Shown: positions 11,684 through 25,011, counted from the first letter of the stretch. The stretch: 64,000 nt of DNA from Lepidodermella squamata (GCA_047495785.1 JBLDXI010000042.1:1488001-1552000), one strand, 5' to 3'. A program made the numbers and translations. The notes: generated from the sequence alone by a model not told the origin.

Positions 11684-14275
11684 ATGGAGCTCCTCTACCT
11701 TCTGAGCTTTCTATTGCTGGCTGTCAAAACACAATCGAAAGATGCCGCCTTCAAGGTTTTGGCAATCAACGACTCGTCAGTTCAGCCTCTTTGCGCTGAG
11801 AAATTTATCAGAGCTGTGCAAGCGATCAATGACGATAGGAAGAACTGTTCGAAGGTTGAAATCGAATTTGCTGATCTACCCTCAATTTCTCGAATGCCGA
11901 ACGGCAGAGATTTCTTATTTGTAGCGGCTAACAGCGTCTACGGCAGGCGGGCTATGTCTTCGCTAACAAAACTTCTCGGACCGAATTCGTTTTCTTTGCT
12001 TGGCGATACGGCTACAGATTTGGCGGCTGAATGGCAAACTAACGATGCTATCGTGAAAATCGCTACGACTTTTCGCTCTGGTTATATTGGAATAGTTACT
12101 TCATTGAGCAACTGGCGAACAGCTGTTCAACTGAATCTAATGGCGCAATATAAAAGTCTAATGGTATGTTGTTTCTACACATTTTCAAAACTTTGATTCA
12201 TCGAAGTTATTCCCTTATTTCCCATCAAATTTATTGAGTATGGGAAAATTCGCAAAATTCGAGCTTTCTCTTCTGCGGGAGGCTGTTTCCGCTTTCCTGA
12301 ATTTTATAGGATTATTGATCCATCCTACAGCCTCAGCATTTTTGGTCGTTTGATCACGTGATCGTAAACACAGTAGGAATTTTCCAAGAATTTCACCTCC
12401 ACATTAGCTATCGGAATTTTCTATTTTGCGCTTGGCGGAGGACGAATTAAGTTTCCTTCCATATGACGTAAAGCAGACAGGGCTTTTCAAAATTGCTAAG
12501 TTTTAGTCGCGAAAACGCTATAATTTCCGATATCCGAGTTAACACCTCCGATGCAGGAAACTAACCGTTACTAGAACCTGCCGCTGAAAAAGTCTAAATT
12601 AAGATGTCTCCGGATAAGTGGCTTGGCTAAATTCCAAAGGATGGGTTGTAAAACTAAAACCTGGAAAACCGCCGGAGACCAAAAGTCGGACATTGAAAAG
12701 GATGAGGAAACAATGGATAAAGTGGAAAAGTTTATCAAATTTCGCTCATCAAATTACGAGCTATTTTTTCTCTTTCAGGTTGACGAAATTCACGTTCCAA
12801 GACACACCCCACTTCGGAAAGCCCATTTCCTCATGTTAAGAGTCCTATTGCTGAGAAATCCGCAAGAAATCATCGAATGGCTGTGCGATTCTCAACCAGC
12901 TTTTTCTCAAGCGTTTTCATTTTTCATCACCCCGACAAATATGGCTAACATTTCCAACATCGTCACGCCTACGCAATGCGACAGTTCCATCTTGCAACAG
13001 CAATTAGCTAATTTGGTCTGGATGAGTCCATCAATCGAAATCAGCAGACCATCAGAAGATAAGTGCTTTGAGTCATCGATACAACAACTTCAAAGCTTAA
13101 AGCTCTCATGCGATGGCTCAAATTTCACGAGGGCCAATAGGCAAAGTCTTGCTTTCAAAATCTACCGATTTCAGTCTCAAAATCAATTGTGCGAAATGTT
13201 GAACTCAACCCTAAAATGCTCATCCGACCTGTTTTACCAGGTCAAAACCCAAGGAATTGAATATCCGACCGAATATCCAAACGAAGATTCAGTCAAAATC
13301 CTCACAGCAATCAGTGGTGTATCGATCTTTATCATAACAGGCGTGGAGGCCGCAACACTCGCTATGAAAAAATTAGTAAAAGAAAAGGAGACCGTGGCCT
13401 ATTTCTTCGATATCGACGGAGCTGTAATTCTGGGAGTCGGATGTTTGCTGCTTCATATTTCCGTCATTGTCCAATTCCACGCTTCAGACTGCGATTGGTC
13501 TCTTGTCGTGCCAAGTTTCGGCCTAATCCTAGTCAATGGCGTCCTATTCGCAAGATCCGCAACCCTAACGCGGTTGTTACATTACGGAAATTCGAGGATT
13601 CTCCACACCAGGAGTTACTTCATCAAATTATCGATAAACGTGATTAATGCGTTGAAAATCGCGAGGAAGCCTGGGCTGAGGCAGATCAAATCACGCGATG
13701 CACCTGTTTCGACTCCGCCCCTTAATCAGAATCGGAAAAAGGCGACCTCAACCCTGCGGAGTACGATGAGTGAAGCGACTGAGACTATGACCCCGAAACA
13801 GGTCGCTGAATTCACGATAACGACCAGCGCGATTTTCGCTATCCTAACCGGACTTCTGCTTTTCATCTGGCTATTCGTGACTAAGCAATTCGAGGAGAAA
13901 TCGAGCTTTCCCGGAATAATCAAGTTTTACTACGTAACAAGTGAATTTTGTCTCGAGGATAGCGACGTTCGTTGGATTATTGGATTTTGCGGTATCAACT
14001 TCGCCATGTTAGCTTCAAGCTGCTACTTCGCCGTTGAAGCTAGGCCTATACCTAGGGCTGGTCATCTCAAAGTTGACTGCCACATTCTGAGACTGACCAT
14101 AGCTCTCAGCAGTGGGCTGTTCGTTATCATGTTCTTCATTCTGCTTGGTCTCCAGCAATGGATTGATCGTTTGGAGGCGTTGGCCTGTGGTGAAATTGCA
14201 CTCGCAGATGCTGTTTTCTTCGCTTACTTCGCCCCTGTTTGGACAAGGCGTTGGCCAAAGCCAGTTCACTTCTGA
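11684..14275 (+). CDS. Divergent class C (7tm_3, GABA-B/GPR158-like) GPCR with large extracellular N-terminus
   Basis: Signal peptide MELLYLLSFLLLAV. Exons 11684-12163 and 12779-14275 join in phase 0. About 7 hydrophobic segments; EFC...W..GFCGINFAMLASSCYFAVEARPIP and FFAYFAPV resemble 7tm_3 TM5-7. Confidence 0.6.
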
Positions 14276-14649
14276 CAAAAATTCTGAAATATTATGTAAT
14301 CCTCCTTGAAACTTGAAACATTAAATGTGATCCTTCCTCTACGGAATTCCTTTCATTTAACAAAGGTCGTATCGTCGATTGTCGTTAATATTCTCATCGA
14401 AATAAAAATTGCGTTGTAGCCAGCTTTCAGAAACGTCGGAATGTATGAATCATCCTGCTAAACGAACAACTCAATCAATGACCAAGGGGTAAGATTCTAA
14501 GTATGTCGATTTTCCTTATTCTAAATAGTCTGCTCTCTGGAGGAATCTTACACCCACTTCGAAAGGCCAAGTTGGGGAAACGGAAGACCATGAACAAACT
14601 AAAGGGGATTCGATATCGGAGAGTCCTACTTCGCGTGTTTAGAAGGGTG

Positions 14650-14690
14650 GAAGTACCGCTAGGGATGGTAGGGATCATCCCTACCACTTC
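14650..14690. repeat. Dispersed repeat fragment shared with the CACTG-terminated element at 28414-28870
   Basis: gaagtaccgctagggatggtagggatcatccctacca matches 28762-28798 in reverse orientation and includes the palindrome tggtagggat-c-atccctacca. Confidence 0.6.
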
Positions 14691-14930
14691 CATCGATCCG
14701 TACGGTGAGCTCATTCAAAGACCAAAGGGGGGACCTTTATGTCGATTTTTGTGATCCCTAGCAGTTCCGCGGTCCTCCTTCGCTCTATGGTTGAGTTTGG
14801 AGCCAGAAGTAACCTTGGGAGGATTTTTTATTCATCTGGCCTAAAATTATTCAAAATTTCGAAAATCGATTAGTTGAAACATCTTTTGAAAATCTAAATT
14901 CAATTTTTATTATTTTTTACTAATCCATTT

Positions 14931-16294
14931 TTAAGGCAATTTATTTTCCAGTTCGATGTCATCTTCGTAGTAATCATCAAAGTAGTAAACTTTCGACGGA
15001 GATCTTGTTTGAACTTCCTCATTTTTCCCTGATCTAGTCGACGTTTTCCGAGTCGTCCGTGGCAGCGTAGTGGATCTGGTACTTTGCCTAGTGACCATGG
15101 CAAAACTCGACTTCTGAGTACTGCTCAACGATATTGATGACATCGTTGTTCCTGGGATTGTAGCTTCCGAAGAATCTGACGCCTCATCGCACTCATTTTC
15201 CAGTTTCACAGTCGTTTGCCTAATCCAGTAGAGAACGGAACAAACGCGACTGTAAGAAGCTTCTCTTCCAGCTATTGAAAAAGATGAATTCCCAAGGATT
15301 TTCATAGACCTTGACCAATTTGCTCCGCATTCCTGATCACCAGATCGAATTCCGACAAGAACGTGAGATCCGTTCCTCTTACATGTCAAAGCGTCTCCAG
15401 TTAAGCTGGAACAAGCGTTGCTTTGTCTCAAATTCGAGCTGGTATAACATATTTCGTTCCCGGAAACACTGATATTGGAAGATTCAGTCACATTGGAAAG
15501 GCATTGTTCCTCATTTGAATCTGAACCACTTCCTACAGTAGCTCGACTCGGCAATTTAGTCCAGCCAACTCTCAAATCTTTTATAATTGCAAAAATTTAT
15601 TATGAAAATTATGAAAATTACGAACGACTCACAGTAATAATCCGGTGAGCTGAAAATCAAAGAATTGAGGTCAATCTAAATTCTGGACAATATCCTACCA
15701 TTTATCATTACAAGAGTACGGCAAGCAAATTGGAGTGGTCGATATGCAACCTGAAATGGGATTATTTCTCAAGTTTCATCGCACAATTTCAGTTTTCAAC
15801 TTTACCAGCAAGTTTTAGCAAACAGAAGTTATTTTGGGTCGACGAATAGTTGAAATGCTTAACGATTGATTCGATTCTATAAGTGACTTCATTATTCCTA
15901 AAACCGGAAATGACTGAATAGTCGCTAGTTCTGCATGAAATTGAACAGCAGCTCGCTGTAGTCAATATCCACTTGGAATGTGAGATTTTTAAAAAATTAC
16001 AAAGTGGAAATCCGAGAAATCAATTACCTTGCGATTAATTATCGAAGCTCCACAACTTTGCTCCTTGATTTTAAGTTTGATATTCCACGGGGGATTGTCG
16101 GATTTTAGAGTTCCGCATGTCTCTGTTTCTATTATGTCTTTCTGAGTTGCTAGCACAAATGGCCTGTCGAGGCTTGGCCGGGCTAAAATGATGGCAGTCA
16201 CAGGTTCTTTCGTGGATGAAACACTGCGACTTGGCGCTGAGACACTACAAGCGGAAGCTGAGTAAACAAAGCAAACTATAGCTAGTACCTTCAT
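14931..16294 (-). CDS. Trypsin-like serine protease homolog, catalytically inactive, with Ser/Thr-rich and acidic C-terminal tail
   Basis: Signal MKVLAIVCFVYSASAC. Exons 16028-16294, ~15806-15971, ~15699-15750, 15633-15649, ~14931-15577. CGASIINRK|WILTTASCC (His->Ser), QNNFCLLKL (Asp->Asn), NACSSLTGDALTC (no GDSGGP). Confidence 0.8.
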
Positions 16295-16485
16295 TTAAAT
16301 TTTTTTATACGTGAGACTCATATGTGTTAAGAACCGCGTGTGAAGGAACACACTATCGTATCACCATTTGGCTTATTTTAATCTCTGTGAGATAAACAAA
16401 GCACGCATTTTAACAATGAATGACCAGTTAAAAGGTATCTCAAGCCCACGCATGTCAGATGATGGGGAATATAGCATCCGCAACC

Positions 16486-16611
16486 AGGGTTCTAAGTAAA
16501 GGCGTTGCGACACCTCACCTCTGAGATGTCAACAGGAAGAGTGAGCACTGTGGTTTTTTCGGTTTGGGATTTAATAACAACTCAGCTTCAGAATCATATA
16601 CTTTGGGCACT
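16486..16611 (+). mobile_element. Diverged copy of the hAT-like MITE family
   Basis: cagggttctaagta...gcgacacctcacctc...actcagcttcagaatcatatactttgggcactg resembles 46212-46373 and 19330-19437. Confidence 0.55.
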
Positions 16612-16689
16612 GTCAACTAGCTTGTCAACTTTGTCAACCTCCGCTGGGACGGACGAAGATGTTTAGATGATGAAGAGTAACGGGGATAA

Positions 16690-17130
16690 TGGTGAATGGT
16701 GATCCCTGAGGGACTCCGCATGCCACGGGTAGGCCAAAACCTTTCAAGACAATGCGTTAACCGTTGTGCCATATGGAGTCGAACGCTGCTTTATAATCCA
16801 GGAACGCCACAACAGTTGTTAGTTTATCCGGCCTGTCCAACTCATCTTTATGCACGAAACCGTCTGCGATTCATGCTTAAGTCTGAAAATGGTATCCAAA
16901 ACTGATAGCCATTTCTGGAACCAGACTTGGCTAGGTGTTCCGTAAACAGAACTCAACAATGAACCCAGCCTCAAGAAGCTTTGCCATGCAGCTGGTTAGA
17001 GATATTGGCCTATAACCTTCCAGGACCGAGGGGACCTCCCCCCGCCTTGGGCACCGGTACCACAATCCCAAGTTTCCAAGCAGCTGGCAGATAGCTGGCG
17101 TTCAAAGACAAATTAAACAGGAGTAGGATG
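16690..17130 (-). mobile_element. Degenerate non-LTR retrotransposon RT relic
   Basis: Minus-strand YLPAAWKLGIVVPVPK...YRPISLTSCMAKLLE and, downstream, GVPQGS, with stops and deletions. Confidence 0.75.
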
Positions 17131-17615
17131 CTATCTCAGCGGGTTGAGGATCCCATATCTTCCCCGGCAGCTTTAAGACTCAACCGGGCAAGATTCTTCA
17201 AGATTCAAGATTCATTCACAATAATCTCGTACTTAAGCTTCATAAGAAAACTATCAACGGCATCCGGTTGTGGAATTTAAAAATTATCTTGAGATCGATC
17301 TCAGGTCCTCGCGATCTAGTCTAGGCTTGGTATCCCGTACTAGGCCATCAGGATCGATATGACCGAGAAGCGAACAACGAAACCATGACAAAGGGAACGC
17401 GAAAAGCGCGAGATCGGAGTTTACTTGGTATTACTATCCAATCAATATCTTTCATATCGCTATATATTATATATATCGCTGCGCATACAAATGCTTCACA
17501 GGAAATTTGACATTGCTGGTAATTTATCGGATGAGCTCTATGCCAACCTGCATAGAATCAGTAAAATGTTTTCGGCAATGCAAATGTATTAACATCAAAT
17601 TGTAATATAGATATC

Positions 17616-18780
17616 ATGAAATCGCCCTTTGCTTTGCTGTTGCTGGCAAAGCTCGCGTCGATAGCATCTGCGACAACGATTGCTGGCAAGTTGAAGGCGA
17701 AATTCTCTGAACATTGCCAGGCAGTTTTGTCGGAAAACCTGTTGATGGAACATGCAGCGTTTTTCAACAACAGCAAGCCGCTTGTGGCGGATATCAATGT
17801 AGCCCTACACCGTTTCGTTGGAATTGATGACGTGGAGCAAAAGATGTCTTTACTTTTATATCTAAATATAATTTGGGGGCTGCCATGCGAAGAACCAAAA
17901 TGCACAGATTTACTGTCCGTAACAGAATGCACGACACTTAGTCCTCCTGAGCTCTACTACCCCGTCCCTGTGTCGGGTATCTGGACTCCAATTATATATC
18001 ATTTGTCAGCTTATAACTCACCAGCTGTTGGTCGCAAATATTATGACCAGCTCTTTGTACATCCATTGTTGACGTCGTATTCAATGGTATACATCATTTT
18101 CGACCGATTCGACGTTTCTTGCACGGCATTCAGCTACCGAAAATTCCCATTCGATACTCAATCTTGCTCGCTCGTTCTCGAATCACCTCATGCTCACAAA
18201 AACGTGGCTCTCCGTCTTGGAGCGTTCGAAATCGACACATCCGGAAATAACACCTTCATCGTTGATACAGATATATGGTCTTTTATTGAGCTATTCGGAT
18301 ATAACAGAACTGAAATACAACCGGGGAGTGATTACAATTTTGATCGAATCTACTTAACGATCCGATTCCAGCGCAAAAGTGGCTATTACGTCTGGAACAT
18401 CTTCGTCCCAACTATCACACTTTTCATCCTTCAAGTTGTGTCATTGATTGCCGAACCTGTCAACAGGGACCAATCGGCATTTTGCGTGACTGTTGTGCTG
18501 TCATATGTGGTATTTCTCACATTAATCTTCGGCATGATTCCAATCAGACCATGTCTACCTTGTGTACATGGTCGCGGCTAAATTCATCGTTGCCGTCGTC
18601 ATCACAGCCCACACTTGCTTGAGCCCTAGTATCCCAGAGCCACTGAAATCTCGCGTATTCAAGTTGAACAATTCCTTTGCCATACCCATGCATCGCCTTG
18701 TTGACCTTGCAATAGCTGCAGCGGCAGTTATAACAGTAACGATAATTGACACAGTTATCTTTTCCTTGATGCTATCTTGA
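17616..18780 (+). CDS. Intronless Cys-loop ligand-gated ion channel subunit with one frameshift (pseudogene or assembly error)
   Basis: Signal peptide; ALHRFVGIDDVEQKM; IWTP; loop CTAFSYRKFPFDTQSC; M1 RKSGYYVWNIFVP; M2 AFCVTVVLSYVVFL. M3 and M4 lie in a shifted frame after ~18543. Confidence 0.75.
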
Positions 18781-18908
18781 TGCCGAATCGCTTGTTGATT
18801 GTCATCCTAATCCTGAGACGTTATTAACCCTTATTCATACTTGCAAATTATGTTTTAGCTTTCTCCCCAGGCGTACCGTTAGTGTTGCTATCGTTGAATA
18901 ACTCGGAT

Positions 18909-18969
18909 TTACGGTCGGACAAGGTGAAGGACGATATGACATGTCGTCCTTCACCTTGTCCGAGCGTAA
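18909..18969. repeat. Compact hairpin/palindrome
   Basis: 20-bp perfect stem tcggacaaggtgaaggacga / tcgtccttcaccttgtccga around a 9-nt centre, extendable by ttacg/cgtaa. Confidence 0.85.
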
Positions 18970-19329
18970 CATTGTAAAAACCGATTTGCTTCTTCCTCTC
19001 AACTCCAGTTTTACTCGTCACCCGTCACTTTGAAACTGTCGTGAACAAGCGCAAATCAGAGTTATTTAAGGATGCTAACGATATATGTAAATATGTAGGT
19101 ATATATTGTGCTAATGTTTTTGGTGATAAACAATGTGGTGAATCCACAATTTTCGCTGAGTGACTGATATTTTTAGATATAACGAACGAAAAGCATATCA
19201 ATCGAAAGGGAGATCTTGGTATCAAGTTTTTTAAGCAGCGTAGGAATTCGAATTTGCTGAAAGTCGTGATGGCTGGGAAACTGCACGGGATTTTTCTTTA
19301 TCATCACTTTTGAAATGAGACAAGTAATT

Positions 19330-19437
19330 GGGCTGAAAGCGATCTCCTTTGAACAAAGCACAGGGCGACCCTTTGGTTTCTGCAGCTTGGGATTTAACAA
19401 GAAACTCGGCTTCAAAATCCTATACTTTGGGCACTGT
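19330..19437 (+). mobile_element. Partial copy of the hAT-like MITE family
   Basis: gaccctttggtttc...tgggatttaacaagaaactcggcttcaaaatcctatactttgggcactg matches the 3' halves of 16486-16611 and 9766-9952. Confidence 0.5.
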
Positions 19438-19927
19438 TCGCAGCTTCCATTTAGCAATGGCATTGTCGAATTTGTGTAGATCCCATCTCCAGCCCTGAAT
19501 CATAGACTAATTTTGAATTTGTTTGTGTGGCTTTAGCAGAAGCAAATTTCAGAATTTTCAATGAGCCTGGAACCACTTTTCGAAATGTTCAAGGATGCCA
19601 TGACGGATCAGCATAATTTAAGATTATAAGTCATATTTAAAATCAGCGTAAAATTCTGTGCGAGACGCATTGTTCACTATAGAATTTGAACAATTTTGCT
19701 TATCTAGAATTAGTTTCATGCAGATTTGGTTCCGCTAAAGGATATTCTGAATTTGAATAGGTCCTAATTGCAGTACCCTCGAACCTCGAACTAGGGACAA
19801 AAGTGTCCCAACTGATGTTTTGCCCTGAGTCAAATAAAGACGCAAGCTCCAACCCGCTCAAGGTGAAGCTCTTCAAAATTAACAAGATTTTAATCATCGA
19901 AATGTCAAATAAAATGAAGATCAGTTC

Positions 19928-21572
19928 TCAGGAATCATAAGTAGCCTGAGTTGCAAGTCTCTGCCTTTCTGTTGGCTTTGTCCTTGAGTTCCGATTCCTT
20001 CTCTCAGCTGCAGCGTCATCTTCATCGGACGCGACCTCGTTTCCTTTTCGAGTTGTTGTTGTAGGCGCACGCCGGGTTGTCGATGTTCTTGCATTATTAC
20101 GAGACGTTGTACTATCATCTTGCAGCATCAGATCTTCAACTGGCACAATGATTTCTTGTTCGGTGGTTGTACTACGGCCTTTTGACGTCGGGCTGTCGGT
20201 TTCTAGGATTAGAACTCGGCGATTCCCACTGGCGGTGGGAGTAGCAGATGATTTCGTCGTACCAGCGACGCGGCCGCCATTAGATGGCACTTTTTGGTTT
20301 CGGCCACTACTGCCCGATCGAACCGGAGCTGTTGCGAAAGTACTAGAGATCCAATCCACTACCTGGCAGACCCTGGCATAGACTCCATAGTACCCAGCTA
20401 GAAAAAAAAGAAGAATTAGGACTGAAAAATTCGAAAAATTCACACAGAATCAATAGATTTTTTTCAGAATTTGACAGGGTTTTAGAGATTTTCATCGAAT
20501 TTTTCGAGATGAAATTGAGCTTACCTCTTCCGCATCCGTTACCATACGAAGTGATGCCCATCAGAGTATGGTAGCCATTCGCTGCGCAAGTTAGCGGACC
20601 CCCGCTATCACCCTGACAGGTATCAATCCCTCCATCCGTATAGCCAGCGCAAAATTTGACATCAGTTATCGTTTGTGGGGTCGACCTGTAAGCATTCGAG
20701 CACGCATATCTGTCCACAATAGGGATTTTAGCCTTTTGGAGGATCCTGGTCGCTGATGAGCTATTTTCTTTAGAAACACCCCATCCAGCGACAAAGCCTG
20801 AATAAAAAATCGAAAATTATTCATAAAATTCACAAAAATTCGTTACTTACCATAATCGTCGACCTGACTGCAATCCGAAATATTTAAAAATTTAGGAAAA
20901 TTAGATAGGAAATGCTGACATTTTACCATTCGTCACTACAAGAATCTGGCAAGCATACAGGTTGAACCTCCCATTCTGAGAAGCCGAGGTCGTAATCGAG
21001 TTGAATCATGCAAAAGTCGTAATTCTGAGATCTCGCGTTGTAACGCGGATGAATTGCGATGTAGTAGGCGTACAGGCTAAATTCGCCCCGATCCAGAGAT
21101 TTAAAATCATGGTCAGCAAAAGTGATCAAAATATCGCCAGGTTTCGACGCTAGCTCGCAACAGTGAGCTGCTGTAAGAACCCACTGAAAATTGTTAAATT
21201 TTACAAAAATCTCGAAAAATTTCCCGGAAATACCTGAGATGAAATAATTGATCCTCCGCATAAATTGTTGTTTTTAATCATTATTTTAACCAGCCATGGA
21301 AATTCGTTAGGTAACGCATTGACTCCGCCTAAAATTCGACCTTGCCCAGCGTTCCAGTATTTACTGTGGCCACAACCGTTAACAAAATCGCTTGAAGGTA
21401 CGCCGCTTTCCGGGGAGGGTGTCCTTAGCTGGGCTGTACCCAACTGGTTGTACTGATCTGGTGGTAGATTCGACGGTGGTTTTGTCGGGCTTTCTCTAAC
21501 TGTGAAACAGCTAGAAGCAATGTGCCAATTTAAAGCAGCTATTAAAAAGGAGCTAAAACAAAATTGCAGCAT
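19928..21572 (-). CDS. Secreted trypsin-like S1A serine protease with Thr/Arg-rich C-terminal extension
   Basis: Signal peptide; activation site R-ILGG; LTAAHCC (His), NYDFCMI (Asp), DTCQGDSGGPL (Ser, trypsin-type Asp). The frame closes only if the 17-nt exon 20851-20867 is included. Confidence 0.9.
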
Positions 21573-23451
21573 TTTCTTTGACGATGAATTTTAACGTCGT
21601 CAGGATTTTGGCTGTTTCACAATGGGAGGAATATGAGTCATGCGGCCGTTTATCTTCTTAGCATGTCGTGACAAGCTGGTGAGCACGTTTGTGTAACGTG
21701 GCTTTGAATCGTATCACATATATGGGTAGAATTTTTAAATTTCTTACCTCCGTTCGTTGGTTAAAAAAGACGTTTTTTGGCAGCGTGGGCTTCTTTCAAT
21801 GGCGGTTTCTGCTGTGATTAATAGTGCCATTTAGTTTGTTTGATTAGGAACTTGTCTAATGGGGCTCAATTGAACAATTGAGTACTGAATCGAGATTCGA
21901 AATATAGGGAAACATCATAGAAGTTCGATCGAGTTAATCGAGATTCAAAATCTGATGAGGCGGCAGGCAAATGCGGCAACCAGCTGAGCAGTTTCCTATG
22001 TTATACGGTTTCATAAAGCTGAAACGGCCGTTCCGCTCTCATTCTATATCGCTTTGATCCCTTCTGGTTACATATTGATGAAACTCGATCCTCGTTGCTG
22101 TAACTTGATCCCGGTCCATCCCGATTGGAAACTCGATCCGCAGCATAACCTAATTGCATAAAACTAATGCGAAAATTTAGAAGCATGAGAGTTCTAGATT
22201 GAAACGTGCCAAGTGCTGACTGGTTCATTTTTCGCCTCCTGTTCTCATTAACCAAATAACAGATCAAAATTTAGGCTGAATTATGAATGGTAAAGGGTAA
22301 ATTTCCATATTTTAATTTGCTTCAAGCCTAATAAATATGCATCACTTAACTTTCGGTTTTAGACAGCCTTACCTCCTATTTACACCACTTTCTTCATTCA
22401 TCCTCAAGAAAATTAGGGGTACCGCATCTGAAACCCTGCCTTCTAATTTGACCCCAAGGCCCAAGGTTCCGCCTAGTAAGCCTAGTAAATATCCGCTATT
22501 TTCTATTTAGGTTCTGCCTTATTATTCTGATTTTAAGGTATTAGGAACGGTGGCTATGATAGCCTTATGTCACACGGCCTCTTACACGGAATTACAGATC
22601 AGTTATTGTGGCCTATCCCTTAATTAGGCTGCTATAATTTGTTCTGGTCCCCAATCAAGTTTATAACAGGCTCACTGATCGAGACAGGCCTAGCTAGGGG
22701 TTAATCAACCCTGTCTAGGATCGGCAAAAAAACGGAGAAATCGTTGCCACCATTGTTCGCCTTTTGGAAAAAATTGAGGATGAAAATTTTGGTGTCCTAC
22801 ATTGTATGCGTTACTGTGATCCATTCATGAAATTGGTATGGGCATTTTGATGTCCTATGATATGTTGCTACGGCTTACTAGCCTGGGTTTCGGATCGAAT
22901 CGTAGTCCTATCGTAGCCATTTTGCGCGCCCTGACTTGGGTTTTACTAGTTGGAGTTTTCTTGCACAATCGTGGCTCAGTCGTGCGTCCCTTTTTCGTCA
23001 TTATTTGAGACGTGGCCAGTGATTCAGACTCTTTCCTATGTATTCAAGACTGTACGTAGGGTGCGTTCAAAAAGTCTCAGAGCTTCAGAACGCAGTTCTT
23101 TCAGAATTACTCGATAATTGCGTTTTTTAATGTTCAGAGCGGTTTTTCGCATTGTTTAGTTTCAGAGGAAAGGGACACAGGTTCTCTTGATTACGCTTTC
23201 AGGCAATTTTTTAATGCTCAGAACGTTCAGTGAGGGACAAGCATTGTTCGAAGTTTCGGACTGCTCGAGCAGTCTGAAACTTTCCCTGATTACTCACGTG
23301 CGTCATGATTAGTCACAATGGTTTGATATGAATTTTATTTTTATCAATTTTTTGACGGCAAAGCGTTTATACGTCTGCAAAGTGGGAAAATTATTCGGAA
23401 ACCTTGCGGAACACCTCGGAACAACTCTCTACGGCATATTTTGAGCCAACG

Positions 23452-23656
23452 ATCTAGCTCACAGCTATTAAGATAAAATTTTCAAGTTAGAATAAATATA
23501 TTTTTCAAGTTAATCAATGCAAACAAAATAGCACGCAAAATGCCGGCTTATGAAAGGTCATTTCTACTAGCTATTAAAAATTTATCAATTTTCAAGTTTG
23601 AATACCTAAATGAATTTTTTTAATTAATCAATGCAAAAAATAGCACATGAAATGCC
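23452..23656. repeat. Degenerate ~110-bp tandem duplication
   Basis: agctatta..ttttcaagtt.gaata..ttaatcaatgcaaa..aatagcac..aaatgccg occurs twice. Confidence 0.6.
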
Positions 23657-25011
23657 GAATGGTACCACTTCTTCCTTTCCCCTTTTTCAGGAAAGCACAT
23701 AAGGCTCAGGTCAATTTTTTATTTTTCTATTCCAAAAATTGAAAATTAAATTAAAAAATTAAATTAAAAATTTTGGGCGGCATCACACATTTTCGATTTC
23801 ACAACTGCTAATTTTCGAAGCTTTCCCAAATCATTTTGAAAAATACTTTTACTTTTATCGGGAGGGTGATAGCTGCAGCTTTCAATTTAAAACCAAGAGT
23901 CGTTTGATGAACAATTCCCAAAAACTCATTCAGATCGAGACCGATTCCAAACTTTCTCGCAGAATGTATAATTTATGCCGATAAAATCGCGGCGACACTG
24001 TGGAGGTCTAGATTCTAGATTGTCCTCTATCGTCGAAAACCGAAAAAACGGGTTGAAAATCACTCGACAATCCGATAGGTTGCTTTGATTTGCCTTTTGG
24101 AGGGAAATTATTACAAAAATTTTCCAAAAAAATCAAAATTGAAGAGAGACTGTTGGGCGCTAATTCCTAACAATTTTCCCACAATTTATTGCAATATTTA
24201 AAAAATTTCCCGAGGTGAATATGCTTTCCGCGTTAGACTGCGATACAAAGAATTAAAAGTTAAAGTTTCGTTGAAACACTATTGCGCAATGAGAGAACAA
24301 TGCCTGTAATTAAGAATGCGCATTCAGTGGCGCTGAGACTTTTTGAACACACCCGTAGGGAAAGCAATAAAATGTTGTTTACGATTTGGCTTAAGGAGGC
24401 CCTACACAACGGTTATTCGATTGCGAATCTGGAGCATTATTCAACTTTTTTTTCGGACGGTCTCATTAATTAATGGCATCATACGAATGCTGTTTGTTTC
24501 GGGTCGTAAATTTGAAAAATCACAGATTCCACTTCGTCATTTATTCATTCTACGACCTCTCATCTCTCCTTCTGTTTTACGAATAATGAGGTCATTGAGA
24601 GCACCTCAGTGCATTTATATAATATAGGCGGATTTTACGAACAACGGAGCCATTTGTTAGCTGCCACATGTTGCCACATCTATCACGTTAAAATAGACAG
24701 CCACATTTACTGTTTGTTTGCTTTATTTCTTAAGCATAAACATTTTCAATTATGTATCAATGAGAACTGCGTACAATTTTTGCTAATGAGCTCATTCGAA
24801 TATGTTATAGCCAAGAAATTACAAAAATTGCGTCAATTTTTTGTCTGCCCTGGAGTGAATGATTTTCTGCGGCGCCACTTTGAGATCGCGTGCTCTGTTT
24901 TTTGTCATCGCCATTCAAGTCTGATTTGCGTGACCAGTATTGTTTCGCGACTGAGCTTTATCTACAATGACTTCTTTTTCTTGCTTTGCCACAATGAAGC
25001 CTTGTAAAAAA

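Noticed and set aside
18535-18560. Programmed ribosomal frameshifting as the explanation for the broken frames (also 48075 and 6240)
   Set aside because: No slippery heptamer or downstream structure seen; mutation or assembly indel is simpler.
22001-24960. Short ORFs in the long intergenic stretch, and a 32-bp near-palindrome at 23251-23282
   Set aside because: No domain signal or consistent splice structure; most likely decayed repeats.
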